Source of the DNA: Eledone cirrhosa | Taxonomy: Eukaryota | Assembly: GCA_964016885.1 (NCBI GenBank) | Contig: OZ024741.1 | Coordinates: forward strand, 163,866,001 to 163,930,000 | Length of the DNA stretch: 64,000 nucleotides | Reading direction: 5' to 3' | Part shown: positions 13,309-27,475 of the stretch, piece by piece | Numbering within the stretch: the stretch's first letter is position 1 | Layout: every line of letters begins with the position of its first letter | Translations under genes and position numbers: made by a program | Notes under the pieces: model-generated | What the model saw: only the letters and a program-made list of their open reading frames with translations | Databases searched by the model: none | Told to the model about the DNA's origin: nothing

Positions 13309-13656
13309 GAAACACATTATATAATGTATGTCACCATTATATAATGTGTTTTTGTGTGCCTATTGACGTAAGCTTTGGGTTTTATTTGAAAAAATCCTAA
13401 CCAATAAAGAATTAACCGGACTTTAACCTACAAAAAAGGTAGTCGTTTATGTGAGTATGTATTTATGTGTCTATATATGTATGTATTTAATTATCTATGT
13501 ATATATGTATGCATGTATGTATGTATGTACGTATACATGCATGTATATATGTACGTAGGTAGGTAGGTACTTATATATAATTTATTATAACGATAGATGT
13601 GAGATGTTTAGTCTTTCCAAGTAACAAAATATCACTCGTATGCGCACACATACATA

Positions 13657-13734
13657 CCCCCACACACATACAGATACACCCCACTCACATAAAGATACAC
13701 CCCACACACATACAGATACACCCCACACACATAC
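13657..13734. repeat. 21-bp tandem repeat (ccccacacacatacagataca), about 3.6 copies
   Basis: Direct reading. Confidence 0.85.
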
Positions 13735-14114
13735 ACTCACATTTATGCACACTCATATATTTTCTATTTGGTGTTGCTCGATCTACTAATCGGATATTAT
13801 ATGCTTGAATATCAATATGTGGTAATATATATTATAATAAGCACTTGGCAAAGTGACGACGCCTTTGAGCTAGATTTGGTAAGTAATAATTTGAAATATT
13901 CCTCACTATCTCTCTCTCACACATAGTTGATCAGTGGTAGAATAGTACCTATCTATCTTTGTTCAGACAATAAAACCATAATTTATCTATATATATAACA
14001 CCTGTCTCACTGTTTAGCTATATGTGTGTCTGTCTATACATTTATATATCTATCTTGCTACCTGCATGTGTATCTATCTGTGTATCTAATTATCTATCTA
14101 TCCCCCTATCTATT

Positions 14115-15368
14115 GAGCTATTGCAGGGCATCCCTCTGGAACCGGGACTGCGGAAAGCGGCGTCGGCCTACGCCGACGACGTTACAATGATGGTGTCGAG
14201 CACCTCGCAAATCGAGGAAGTCGGCACCTTACTGAAGGAATACGAAAGGTTCACAGGAGCGAAGCTGAACCGGGACAAGTCCAACGGTTTGCAACTCGGA
14301 TCGTGGAGAGGCAACCCGATGCCTTCCGATGGAAGGACCGGTAAAGCTGCTCGGGGTGTGGTTTGGTCTGGACCTCCAGGTGGAGAAGAACTGGAACGAG
14401 GTGACGGCCAAGGTGTTTGCACACACCCAGAAGTGGGCCGAGTGCAAACTATCCTTGAAAAGTCGAGCGGAGGTGGCGAACACTATTATAGTGTCCGCCA
14501 TCTACTACCGCTTGACCGTCGTGCCTTGTCCAGCCAAAACGCTCACCAAAATGGAGCGCGCGCTCTTCCAATTCCTTTGGAAGAAGCGGGCTCCTTTGGT
14601 GAGAAGATCCATCTGCTGCCAACACCCTTCCAACGGAGGGCTGGGGATGCCGTGGCTGACGATGCGCAAACACGCGCTCAGGCTGCGGCATCTCTACGTA
14701 TTCCTCACCGGACAACCGGTGTGAGCTCCGATCGTGAGGCGAGCCTTCCCACGACTCGTTTCACTGACCGAGCTGCAGTTCTGGGTCAAGCAAAGACCGA
14801 GGAAAATGGGCGACTGGCACATCGAATGTGCTCAGGCACTTACAGTCTCTGGTAGGCGGACCCGGCGACCAGTGGAGACTCCACTTCGTCATTCTATAGA
14901 GGGTTGATCCGCAGCAAGTGCGACGATGCGCTCGGAGAAACTCTAGGCGTAGAGGGAGACGAACTGGCCAGTCTGTTCGGTAGGAACTTCCGCCAGGGAC
15001 CGATGGACAACTTCCAAAAGTCCCTGGCCTGGCAGTGCTACCGAGGAGCTCTACCAGTTCGAGACAAGGTCTACAGACATGGGCGCCCGGGCAGGGACCC
15101 TTCGAAAAAGATCTGTCCGAGATGCCTGTAAGTTGAGAAAAAAGAATAGGAGAGGAAAGGGGTACAAAGTCTTCGTACTCCTGGAGATGAGGGTTGCACA
15201 TTTTTTCGGGGGTATGTGTTACCCATATGTAATGTCTCCCCCTATTGGGGAAAATCGATTAACTTTTAAATTGTATTTGTGATAGTATTTTACACGTTTT
15301 TATTGTATGTAAACTTCCCCCTTTGTATTTGTCCCCTTCTTTTCTGCCCCTGTGGCTAATAAAGAAAC
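14115..15368 (+). mobile_element. Tx1/L1-clade LINE 3' fragment
   Basis: SAYADDVT, GAKLNRDKS, PVKLLGVWFG, GGLGMP and a C-terminal ICPRC spread over frameshifted ORFs; AATAAA near 15358. Confidence 0.88.
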
Positions 15369-15835
15369 ATATCTATTTCATTGTCTATAAATCTACCTTT
15401 CTGTTTATTTATGTGTCTGTCTACCTACCCGCTGATCTCTCTATCTGCTACCCAATTGTCTATCTATAGCTACATATACATGTATATTTACCAACGTATC
15501 AATCTTCGGACAAGACAGTAACAACAGTAACATCGACAAAAGATCACGAATCCAAATAGCATTTCAAACATAGGTTAGGAAAATACATAGGTAGAACTAC
15601 TACATCATAATTTAGTGGAGACGTGTTTGTTAATGTTTAAATAAATGATAGATTTTAAACCGGCTGCTATATGTGTGACCATCCACCTGACCTAAGAAAC
15701 ATTGGTTAAGAAGGTGTACTTTAACCAAATATTTTAACCATTTTCCGATCGATTATCACTATAGTTATTTACACTGCGATGACTATATTTCAAATTTCAA
15801 ATTTTCTCAGAGTTTCTAAAGAGAACGCTATATGC

Positions 15836-15867
<32 letters not shown>

Positions 15868-15911
15868 TTGTGTGTGTGTGTGGGGGGGGGTGTCTGTGTG
15901 TATGTCTGTGT

Positions 15912-16056
15912 CTAATGGTAGCTAAGATGCTTCCATAAGCGGTATGCCGGCTGAGCACTCTGAGAAAGAGGACATGATCCGAAATCAATAGACGTGTCCG
16001 AGGAACCTGCGAGTCTAGAGTCAGGTAGATCCACACACACGTCGCACCTCGAGCTG
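15912..16056 (+). mobile_element. Fragment of an HHR-bearing repeat related to 21116-21348; 5' half of a hammerhead (CCGAGGA core at 15998-16004) cut off by (TA)n
   Basis: gacgtgtccgaggaacctgcga..agagtcagg..cctcgagctg aligns to the reverse complement of 21272-21340. Confidence 0.6.
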
Positions 16057-16110
<54 letters not shown>

Positions 16111-16133
16111 TGTGTATGTACGTATATATATGC

Positions 16134-16180
<47 letters not shown>

Positions 16181-16183
<3 letters not shown>

Positions 16184-16231
16184 CGGAGGAAATGTGGTAA
16201 GGAACCAGGTGGACCATAACGCACCAAAGTA

Positions 16232-16236
<5 letters not shown>
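16181..16236 (-). mobile_element. Solo 3' tail of the fold-back element family at 52314-52746
   Basis: Approximate reverse complement of 52692-52746; flanked on both sides by (TA)n. Confidence 0.7.
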
Positions 16237-16302
<66 letters not shown>

Positions 16303-16314
16303 TTATATATATAA

Positions 16315-16832
16315 CCAGCAATTTCTCTGTCTGTCTGTCCGACAGTGGAAACACGTGCGTAGAGAAACAGTGAGAGTGAAAGAAAGAGACAGACTACGAG
16401 AGGGGGGTAGCGGGAGGGAGAGAGAGAGAGTGAATAGACGCTAAAACACGTGCTACAGAAACATTACCTTCCCCTCTCCTCTGACTTTGGTCACTGAGGC
16501 CGAGGGAATCGCGCTGAGCGCGTCATAATGACGTAATGCAGACAGCTATTATATGATACAGACAGATATTATAAGATACAGACAGATATTATAAGGGCGC
16601 AACGTTATATCTATGTATCTATCTAAAAAGAAAGACTATGAATTATATAGAGAGAACGCTAAATCGCCTAATGCGGTCCCTAGGGCATTAAAAATTTGAA
16701 ATAAATTTTGCTCAAAACACTCACAGGACCATAAGTATTACATGTCTAAAGTTTGAAAACAATCGGTTGGATGGTTCTCAAGTTTTAGTGAGCTGACAGA
16801 CAGACAGACATTCTCTGTTTTAGATATATAGA
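16315..16832 (-). mobile_element. Non-autonomous Helitron (minus strand)
   Basis: Starts TCTATATATCTAAAAC...(GTCT)n and ends CTGG-T; about 300 bp is inverted-homologous to the neighbouring plus copy. Confidence 0.6.
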
Positions 16833-16869
16833 CTAGCAGAAAACCGCCCCACGGGTGGTTTTCTGCTAG

Positions 16870-17744
16870 TATATATATATAAAACTGAGGATGTCTGTCT
16901 GTGTGTGTGTGAGTTTGAATCCCTAAAACTAGAGAAGCACCCTACCCACTGTTTTCAAACTTTACACGTGTAATACTTATGTTTCAGTGAGTGTTTTGAG
17001 CAAAAGAAGCTTCAAATTTTCAATGCCTTAGGGACCGCATTAGGTGATTTAGCGATCTCTCTATATAATTCTTAGTCTTTCTCCTTTTAGATAGATACAT
17101 ACATATAACGTCGCGCCCTTATAATATCTGTCTGTATGTCTGGCTGTCTGCATTACATCACTTCCGTGAAGATGTCTGTCTGTGTGTGTGTCTGTGAGTT
17201 TGAATCCCTAAAACTCGAGAAGTACCAAACCGATTTTTTTCAAACTTTACACGTGTATTACTTATGTTTCCGGGAGTGTTATGCACATACAAAAATTATC
17301 ATTTTATCTCCTAGCGCCCCCATTAGGTGAAAACCTACATTTTCTAAGCTTTTTATGGGGGGTTTTTTTAGGCGTTACGTCAGACCGATTTCCTTGAAAT
17401 TCATACCGTGAGAAAAGAAAATCCAACTTTTTCATGGCATTAGGTGAAAAACTTCATTTTTTCAGCCTTTTAGGGCTTTTCGGAGGCGTTACGTCTAGCC
17501 GATTTTCCAGAAATTTCAAGGCATGTTATGCACATAAAAAAAATTTCTTTTCTTGATCTCCTAGGTGAAATCCTGCATTTTTCCTGCTTCATCGAGGAAA
17601 ATCTTAAAGATTATCCAGCCATCAGAGTATTCGGTTTACTTTCTTTACATATTGTCCAAGCATGCAGTTTTTCCACGATTAGGTCCTTTGGCGGCTCGCA
17701 TTCCAAAATACCTTATCTCGTGAAACGCCGGGTACCACTGCTAG
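16870..17744 (+). mobile_element. Non-autonomous Helitron (plus strand) with duplicated 5' module
   Basis: TATATATAAAA-(GTCT/GT)n 5' end; 3' CGTGAAACGCCGGG...CTAG-T end; 5' module repeated near 17170. Confidence 0.72.
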
Positions 17745-17784
17745 TATACATATATATGTGCGTGTGTGTGTCCGTGTGTGTGTG

Positions 17785-20590
17785 TTGATTGCTACTTCTT
17801 GTCGGATGGAGCCAGCCCTTCATGGAACATTGTACGATCAAGTTCATATGGTGACATTTTGGGACTACCGGCTGATTTGTGTCTTCGTGTGTTTTGCCAT
17901 GTCTGGTCAGTCCCCTTGTTAATTTGCAAATTAAGCCACACTCATTGTAAATGTACCATGGAGGGCATGATGATAGAACCATCTCACAAGTAGCTCGATT
18001 TCTCCCTTGCCCGATTATCCTTGTGTTGATATCTCCCTGGCACGTGTGTCTTTCGATGGTTGACAAATTCAGCTCTTGGTAGAAGAAATCGTGCACAGAC
18101 ATTGCACCACAATTCCTGCTGGATTTTTGCAGGAATTGCACCTGGGTCCTGCTTACGGAGTGAATGCTCTAAAGCAACATGCTCCACTCGCTTTTGCTCA
18201 AAGGCATCGCATTCATATTTGATGATCACGCCTCCCAGCTCTGCATATCAATCTTCAGAGCTTTAAAATTGTCTTTTATGACATCTCTAAACGGCTTCGT
18301 TGATTTATGCTGTGACCTTTTACTTCTGGCCAACACCCCATAAAATAACTGTTTAGGCAGCTTTCGATATTCCAACTTGACCATATGATCAGTCAAATGC
18401 ATCTGTTGCATAATAATCCTTTTCTCAATACAAATTCTGCCTGCTCTCTCAAGTACAGCAGCACCAAATGTGTCAGAGGACCACTTGATGTTCAGGATGC
18501 GTCGGATACAAAGCTGATGAAATCTTTCCAACTACTTGATATTATGCCTGTAAGTTGTTCGCGTTTTGCATCCGTATAGCAGGGTTGTAAGAACACAGGC
18601 CTCATACATAGAAAGTTTGTGTCTCTCGTGATACCCCAAATAAATTAAACTCGTTTCTCAATCTTCCCGAAAGCAAGACCTGCTTTAGCAATCCTGTGAT
18701 TTATTTCAGTATCCAGGGTACCATCTCTACTTAGTGTACATCTGAGATACACAAAGCTGTTCACCACCTCGAGTATTTTTCCTCCCACAAGAATGTCTGA
18801 CTTTACATGCACTTCACTAACTGATGGATTGTGAAAGGACTTTGTCTTGTTATGCTAATATTTAACCCCAATACAGTGCATTCATTGGAGGTATCCAATA
18901 TCAACTACATGTCCTTTACCGTGTGAGCCAAAAATTCTGCATCATCGGCATACAAGTGTGCCAAGTGTGCCAAATGTTTTGGACTTCGTCTTCAAGTGTC
19001 GTAGATTAAAGACTTTTCCAGAGGCTCTAAATCGCAAATATACATCAATTTTGAGGTCTTGGACGGCATATGTGAGAGGAAAGGTGACGTAAAAAGGAGA
19101 ACAAAATGGGCGCAGGTATATCGTCCTGCTTGACACCATTTTTCTCTGAAATTGGCTCTGAAAGTCTCCAATTGAAGTTGACTTTTGTCTTCATATTCCG
19201 GTGGAGTTTTTAAATATTTCAACACAAAATCAGGATCGCATCAAAGTTTCCCAATATGACACACATTACACTACGATTAACAGTACCGAAAGCTTTAGTA
19301 AGGTCCACAAATACTTGACACAGTGGCACTCGCTGCTTAACACATTTCTCCATAAGCTGGAGTGCTGAAAAAATCATGTCCATTGTACCCCGCCAGCTCT
19401 GAATCTACACTGGATCTCAGGTATAGCACCAGGGCAGGTCTATTTTATTGGACTATTCAGCAGGACATTGGATAAAACTTTCACAACCGATTCGAGTAGA
19501 CTTATACCACGATGATCACTGCATTCAGAATTGGCGTCCTTGCCCTTGTAATTCGACAGCAAAATTCCATCTAACCAGTCTTGTGAGACAGGCTCATCAA
19601 TACATACAGATAAAACTAGATCATGAATGACCATACAACATTGTCTCCTCCATAGCGAATCAGCTCAACGGGTATCCTCTCCAAACCTGGAGCTTTCCCT
19701 ATGTTTATCTCTTTGATCGAAGACTTTATCTCATCAATGGTTGGAATATTCATCACCTATCTCAGTCTCCTTTTACGCGGTAGTCTATAAATAATTTCCT
19801 CATGAACTACAGAGCTTTAAGGTGTTCAGTCCACCGATTCGTGATTCTTGCTGGCTCTTGATGGGAAAGTTCCTATCCTTTGACTTGTTTCCACTTTTGA
19901 TGGCTGTGAGTCAAAAACATGCCTTATTGTGCTGTATGATACACCCAGGTCTCTGCAGTTATAAGCTCTCTGAATCTCTGCTGAAACTTCAGTACATTAG
20001 TTATTCTTCATCTTTCGAGTACATCAATTTCAAAACTGTTCCCAAGTTCCAGCATAGACATCGTCGCTAAGTGTATTGTGAAGAGCATCTTGCATTTCTA
20101 AACTTTGCAGTTTGTACCCCCGCTGTCCTCATTTTCCCTCTGATCTACACTTTCATCTTACCATATACACGCTCGTGGTCTGGACCACGTTGTGTTCCAT
20201 GCATTACAATTACAGAGTAGATATCGTAGTGGTCTCTCTTCCTGGTGATGATATAATCCGAGATATGCCCATGTTTGGATCTCATTTGTATCCATGTTGC
20301 CTGATAGATCTGATTTACTGCAAAAATATATTGCACAAGACCAGCTCAAACTTAGTGCATAATTGCATTCATCTATTACATGTTGTGGCATCCTAAAACA
20401 CCTCAGATGCAGTCACCCTTTTTCATACGTGCATTGAAATCTCCATGAAGCAAGATCTTGTCCTAATGTAGAATCGATGTCATATACCCTCGTAAATCTT
20501 AGTAAAAAGCCATGATAGATTCCTGGCTATTATCCAGAGTAGGGGACTACACAGAAATTAAAGTCTTGAAACGTTATACACAACACTGGA
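17785..20590 (-). mobile_element. Heavily decayed RTE (BovB-like) LINE with APE, RT and C-terminal Zn-finger remnants
   Basis: GDFNAR-like, SDYIITRKRD, CSDHRGISLLE, FVDLTKAF, KVFNLRHLK, YADDA-like, ERFHQLCIRRILNIKW, KLPKQLFYG and CGLICK..GLTRH motifs; many stops and frameshifts. Confidence 0.85.
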
Positions 20591-20646
20591 TCGGTAAGTA
20601 TTAATTCAATTTACTAAAAGGTAAATACTATTTTACACTCTCAATA

Positions 20647-20840
20647 GGGTGGTGGATTGGCAGTATGGGTAGAGCGTCAGATATCATGCTTTGCAGCATA
20701 GAGTTATGGCTCTTTACGTTCTCAGTTCAAATCCCGCCGAGGTTAACTTTGCCTTTCATCCTTACGGGGTCAATAGAATAAAGTACCAGTAATGCACTTG
20801 GGTAGTTGCTAGCCTTGTGTCAAAAGTAGAAACAATTATT
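20647..20840 (+). mobile_element. tRNA-derived SINE
   Basis: Same family as 3787-3978. Confidence 0.88.
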
Positions 20841-21047
20841 TAACACTTTCAAGAAGTACACTCTGAAGAGATAATCTTCTTCCAGTATTTCCTGTTATAA
20901 CTTATTGAGATGGCCAATCCTGTTTTTTGATAATCGAAATTGCAGTAAGGGAGAGCTGTCTCATTTTAGGTTGCCTTACAAAGACTGTGCCCGTCAGTTA
21001 TTTTGAATAAGTTATTCTCTTTCTCTCTCTATATATATCTATATATA

Positions 21048-21118
<71 letters not shown>

Positions 21119-21243
21119 GGTATTGGATGCTTAAAGCGTCCGTATGCATGCGGTAGGCCGTATGAGCACTCGATGCCCTCGTGGAGCAGAGTATGATATC
21201 ACAGAAGAAAGAGAATCAGTGTTGCGACGAAAGGAATTTATTG

Positions 21244-21338
21244 GACATATTACAATTGTTTCTCGCGCGACCAGCTCGAGGCACGATCGATATGGTGATC
21301 AAACCTGACTCTGAAATCGCGCGGTCCTTGGATACGTC
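21244..21338 (-). ncRNA. Hammerhead motif with branched long stem II (core CCAAGGA: U4C, G5A) in island 21116-21348
   Basis: Minus strand GACGTAT-CCAAGGA-c-CGCGCGA...TCGCGCG-a-GAA-ACAATTGT-A-ATATGTC: 7-bp stem I, 7-bp stem II, palindromic stem III. The sister copy at 15998 retains G5. Confidence 0.65.
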
Positions 21339-21345
21339 TCGATTC

Positions 21346-21440
<95 letters not shown>

Positions 21441-21850
21441 GATGTAACCTGAAGTAAGAACATCCCTTCAACACCAGGTATATCTAAAATCTAACAACAA
21501 AAATAAAACTTTGTTTACATTTTCAACACCTGTTTGTCGACAACGCATTAAATAACTACGTATTACTTTTGAAATGTAGAAAAAGTGTGTTGTAAGTCAA
21601 TATACTGAAGTGTAGTATGGAAAACCATCTATTCTTCTTCGTCTTCTTTTTCTCACACACACACACATACATTCACACACACAAACAGACACACACACAC
21701 AGACACATACACACACACACATATACATATATATATATATATAGTTTCGTTGACAAATATATTAATATGCCGAGACACGCAGATATATTGCCCTTGGCAT
21801 GACAGTGTGGTTTTAGCTCAATGTAGGATAACTAGTATACTACAGAGCCG

Positions 21851-22103
21851 TTATAGTTATAGGAATAACCAAAGAGTGCTTAGAAATACATTGTCTTATT
21901 AGCTAACAGTGTTAGGGGGGCCTCGGGACTCCTCTGCTGGTATTTAACCTTGTCCTGGTGACGCAGCTCGATGGAGCATGCAACTATTGATATACTCTTG
22001 CTAATAGGCTCTGATGATTCCTACCATGGGGTATGGATGAAACACTGTTAGCTAATAAGACAATGTATTTCTAAGCACTCTTTGGTTATTCCTATAACTA
22101 TAA
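21851..22103. mobile_element. Fold-back element: 63-bp inverted arms (21851-21913 / 22041-22103) carrying a hammerhead
   Basis: ttatagttatagg...agctaacagtgtt is the exact reverse complement of aacactgttagct...cctataactataa. Confidence 0.82.
22007..22053 (+). ncRNA. Type I hammerhead ribozyme
   Basis: GGCT-CTGATGA-tTCC-TACC atgg GGTA-t-GGA-t-GAA-ACACTGT-T-AGCT. Confidence 0.75.
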
Positions 22104-22602
<499 letters not shown>

Positions 22603-22917
22603 CAAAATATTATTTATTTTGGCAAGTCATATTACTCTCAAGATTCACCTTCGTACTCAAACAAAAGTGATGATCCTGTGAGTACCCATGTGAAACTCCA
22701 CAGTAACAAAACTAAGATATTGAGACATATACGATGAAACACGTGTCTGACGTTTTCAGACAGCTACTAAGATAACTCGGACACGATGACAGAATCAAAT
22801 ATTTATAGCGAGACTTGTATTTGTTTATGCCTTCGTAAATGCCTTTATATAAACCTCTATTATTATTATTCACTCTAGTGATATATATTCACTCTAGTAA
22901 TATATATTTAGGCGCAT

Positions 22918-23096
<179 letters not shown>

Positions 23097-24563
23097 CACA
23101 TGTATTTATGTGTATATATATATACATAAATATGGTGTGTATATGTGTCTGTGTGTGTGTGTATGTGTTTATGATATGGATATATGTACATGTATCTGTG
23201 TGTCTGTACGTTGTCTCAGTGTTTTACTAAATACAGTGAAAATATCATCTGAACAGCTATTGTTATCCTTTGGAAGGCAACTAAATGCCAGCACAAAACT
23301 AGATCGCTTTTTTAACTTTGATGTTCTTAGATTTAAAATTCAAAAAGAGAAGCATTAACCGACCTTTCGGTGAAATCTGACTTACCTTATTCCATATATA
23401 TGTTTCATTATGTAGACAAAAATAGGAGAATACAATTGTAGTCACTATCATCTTTCTTTAGAGTTTGCTCTTAGAAAATCCTCTAAACTATTCAGTCTAA
23501 TTTCAAAATATTACTCGATAGTTTTTTAGCATTTTGTAACTCACCCCTACTTATAATGGTGTTTTTTACCCTATTTATTTATGGCTATAAGTTCTACTGT
23601 TTACAGAATATCTTTTCGCCGAGTTATGAAAGCAACTAATGGCTTCAATAATCTAAAATTGAGCGACCTTTGGTGGGTAGGGTGATATACCTAGATATTT
23701 CACTGAGATACAACACATTTTTTTATGTGAAGTCCGATCTCAAAGGTGAATGATGTCTGGAAAAATATTTAACTAATATCCATTCATATTTTCTTTTCAT
23801 AAAGTTATCTTTCAACTGGTGAAGAAATACTAACATCATATCGTGAGTCATATAAACAAGTAGCTGACATGATGCTTATTATATAGATATCAGATGAAAT
23901 ATTCAAAGGGAGAATAGAGCTAATAATTTTAACAAGACAAAGAAACACAAATAAAACAAAATTATCAGTTTTTTTACGGAGATATGACAATGATATATAT
24001 TATTTAGAGAAAGAAGATTATGGAAATATCCATAAGAGTAATATTTTATATTTCTATATTAGTTCATATTCGTGGAAAATGGACAATGACTATTGCTTTT
24101 CAGACCTCTCCAGCCTGGGGATGATGAAGCAGTTGATGTTTAGCTTGAAATTCTATAGATAGGAAAAGTGTGGATGGGCGACAGTTCCAGAGCACTGATC
24201 TTTGAAGGGAGAATTTGGATGAAATATTTAGTATTGACTTTGTGAATGAAACTCAGTTATTATATCGGAGGAAAGAAAATCTGTACGTAGAATTATATGC
24301 AGCTTGCTCGTTCAGAGAAATAGAAACCGATATATTAAAAGTAGAATAGATGGAAACAGAACACAGCACACTGTTACGTTAGTGGTCACAGGGTGTTGGT
24401 GAATGTTAGTATGTGTTGTTCACAAATAAGGAAGGCGAAATATGTTTTCTTTATATGTATGGTGACTAACTCATAATGATATTAAATGAGAGTATCAATT
24501 TGAAAATAGAATGAGCTAAGGTAAATAACAAAAGTGAGCCAATGACATTAATTTAGATAAAGA

Positions 24564-24746
24564 GGGCGGTGGATTGGCAGTATCGGTAGAGTCGGACACC
24601 ATGCTTTGAAGCATAGAGTTACGTCCCTTTATGATCTGAGTTCAAATCCCGCCGAGGTTAACTTTGCCTTTCATCCTTACGAGGTCGATAAAATAAAGTA
24701 CCAGTAATGTACTGGGTAATTGCTGGCCTTGTGCCAAAAATAGAAA
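24564..24746 (+). mobile_element. tRNA-derived SINE
   Basis: Same family as 3787-3978. Confidence 0.88.
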
Positions 24747-25080
24747 TGAATGAAGGGATAAAAAGATGATGTAATAAAGGACATACGCAAATGTTTTCAA
24801 TTAATTGAGATCTTCCCATATAAGCAGTTTATTTGTTCAAACGTGTTAAAAGAATTTCCCTTTTTCTTCAAATTATTATAAACAAGTAACTCCAAATGGT
24901 ATAACGTTTATACATTTAATATTTCATATTGCATATGTATTCCATATCTATAGACAGCATGAATTTGAAATTATATGAACTTGTTTTCATTTCAAACCAA
25001 GCTGGAAGATAGAGAGATAGACCAAGGAAAGAAAAAGAGGATGAGTTAGAACCACACATAGTGGTTGAGATAACGATTGC

Positions 25081-25220
25081 TTTTACATTTGGAACAAGGA
25101 CAGCAATTTTGAAAGAGAGGCAAGTCGATTACATCGACTCCAGTTCATTACTGGTACTTTATTTTATCGACCTCGTAAGGATGAAAGGCAAAGTTAAGTC
25201 CGGCGGTATTTCAACTCAGA
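25081..25220 (-). mobile_element. SINE 3' portion, longer subfamily, minus strand
   Basis: ctggtactttattttatcgacctcgtaaggatgaaaggcaaag is the reverse complement of the conserved body. Confidence 0.8.
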
Positions 25221-26955
25221 AAAAATATTGGGTGTACTCAATTCATTTTTTTATTTTTGCTTTTTTTTTTGTTGCTATGGCAATATGAAATATAAAGTAT
25301 ATTAAATCTATAAAGAATATAAGATTTTGAGTCGCTTGTGTGTGATTATTTTCAAGAATAAAATGAAATAATTTTCACATTCTTTCCTTTCAGTTACATA
25401 CAAAAATGGATGAACCAATAATTAAAAATTTTAAAGAAATAAAAATATGTCAACTACTATAATGATAGGCTTCAATTTGCTCAACGGTATTCAGTGTATT
25501 CATATAAGTTCGCCCTTACACAATACAAGGTAATAACGTATATATATTTTGCTATTCTTTCCGGAATATATACATGCGTGAAATATATCTTCTAACAAAG
25601 TCGAACATGAATTTTTTTCTCATGGTTGGAGGAAAAATAGCAGTAATTCGTGGCGACTCTCAAAGAAAAAAAAAGAGATAATTTTAAGAAATTAAGAATT
25701 AATTTCACAAAATTTATTTATTCAGAGGGGACTCTGATATTAGAAGGAAACTAATAAAGAAAACTAGTGGTAATTGTTAAAGACACCTGAGAGTAGATAT
25801 TCCTGCTAGTTAAGAATATTTTCAAAGTTTTACAAGAATTGATATATTACGATACCCAGCTTCGGATTTTGATGCTCAAATTCCACCTAATTTAACTTTT
25901 GAGCTATTTTCTTTTCTTTTTCCGAGATCAAAGACTAAATACTACTGATACCATTGATTCCTTCAATTAAAACTCTTGTTTCATCAAAGGGAACACTATT
26001 CTTTGATAAAACAAATCCTTGATGTGTAAAGTGAATATATGTTAAGGATAACTTCAGTATAGAACGGCAAACCAATTATTTCTGTTATTTCAATATTTAG
26101 AATTTCAAATTTCTTTTAGAGACCTTCGTTTTTCATATCACTGGAATAAATTAAATACACGCGCTGCAATATACTAATTTGGATAAATTGATAATACAAC
26201 TTTGGAATATTCTGTATCATATTAGATCATACAGTTTTGTCTTTAGGGAAAGTTTCATAGTGTTGACTAATGGACAAACTTCATCCATTCCAAATGCACA
26301 ATCTACTTCAGTTTCGCCATACTGTAAAGTTTGAAGGTGTGGAAGTTGGGTTTTTTTCAAAACAGGATTGGCAATATATGCAAAATGAGATATCTACGAG
26401 TATCGAAAATTAATACGAGTATCAACAATAGAGAAATAAGAAATACTTGCTAGAGAAATAAGAAATACTTGATAGATCCATGAATATAACTAGTATATTA
26501 TCGATCCACATTGGCTATATATTTCATATAAAATAATATTTAACATAGAAAGAGGGTCACACAATTTAGTATTCATTTTATCAAACTGGAACAGAAGACA
26601 AATTTAAAATCCACAGAATATAAAATTATATAAAGGAAAGACGAACCCAAATACTGCTGACCAATCTGTTTCTCACATTACCGTTTGTCTCACCTGGCCT
26701 TACTCTACAATGATATAAAACCAAACATTGTAGTTAGTTTGTATGATCAACTGAATTGACTTCCACTTTACTTATTTTATTGATTTTCCGTGAGATGAAA
26801 TGTAAAGTTGCCCTAAATGTGGTGTGAACTCAAACCTAATAAAGACGTACTGTACTGTTGTGCAATCTGTTGTGCAATCAACAACGATTAAGTACCGTTT
26901 CTGACATACTACTAAGATCTTCCACTAAACAAAACCATTCGTTAGTATATTATTT

Positions 26956-27119
26956 GGGTGGATTGGCAGTATCGGTAGAGGGTCGGACGCCATGCTTTGC
27001 AGCAAAGAGTTACGGCCCTTTATGGTCTGAGTTCAAATCCTTATGGGGTCGATGAAATAAAGTACCAGTAATGCACTGGATCAATTGCTGGCCTTGTGCC
27101 AAAAGTAGAAATAATTATT
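26956..27119 (+). mobile_element. tRNA-derived SINE with internal deletion
   Basis: Head joins directly to ttatggggtcgat; about 29 bp lost between two atcc microhomologies. Confidence 0.85.
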
Positions 27120-27475
27120 TGGTTGTTATTTCATCACGCCTTAGAGTGAAGAAAATCAAAATCAAGCTCTTTGTGGTTTCAAATCAGAATATAAATCTAC
27201 GTAATTAATTACTTTAAAGCATTTCCATCGGTATTCTATCAATTCTATGATCTACCATCTTTTTCCTAGCCGAAAATAATTGATATTTTACATTAGCACT
27301 AGTTCATAAATGTATGGGAGATATAATCAATCTTAACTTCTTACCGGACAATACTTACACATTTTTATCAACACTTCCTGTGTTGATAAAATGTAAATGA
27401 ACATATTTTATAAATGTAATATAAGAATGCAATTTTTATAATACTATTATAACGTCATTAGTAATGTATTACTTA

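Noticed and set aside
22660-22755. GAAACACGTGTC half-hammerhead
   Set aside because: Neither candidate core (GTGATGA, TTGAGAC) gives a proper stem I; at best a decayed copy.
25394-25529. Exon candidate with CAG acceptor and GTAATA donor
   Set aside because: Stop codons in all three frames from the acceptor; could be UTR or non-coding but is unsupported.
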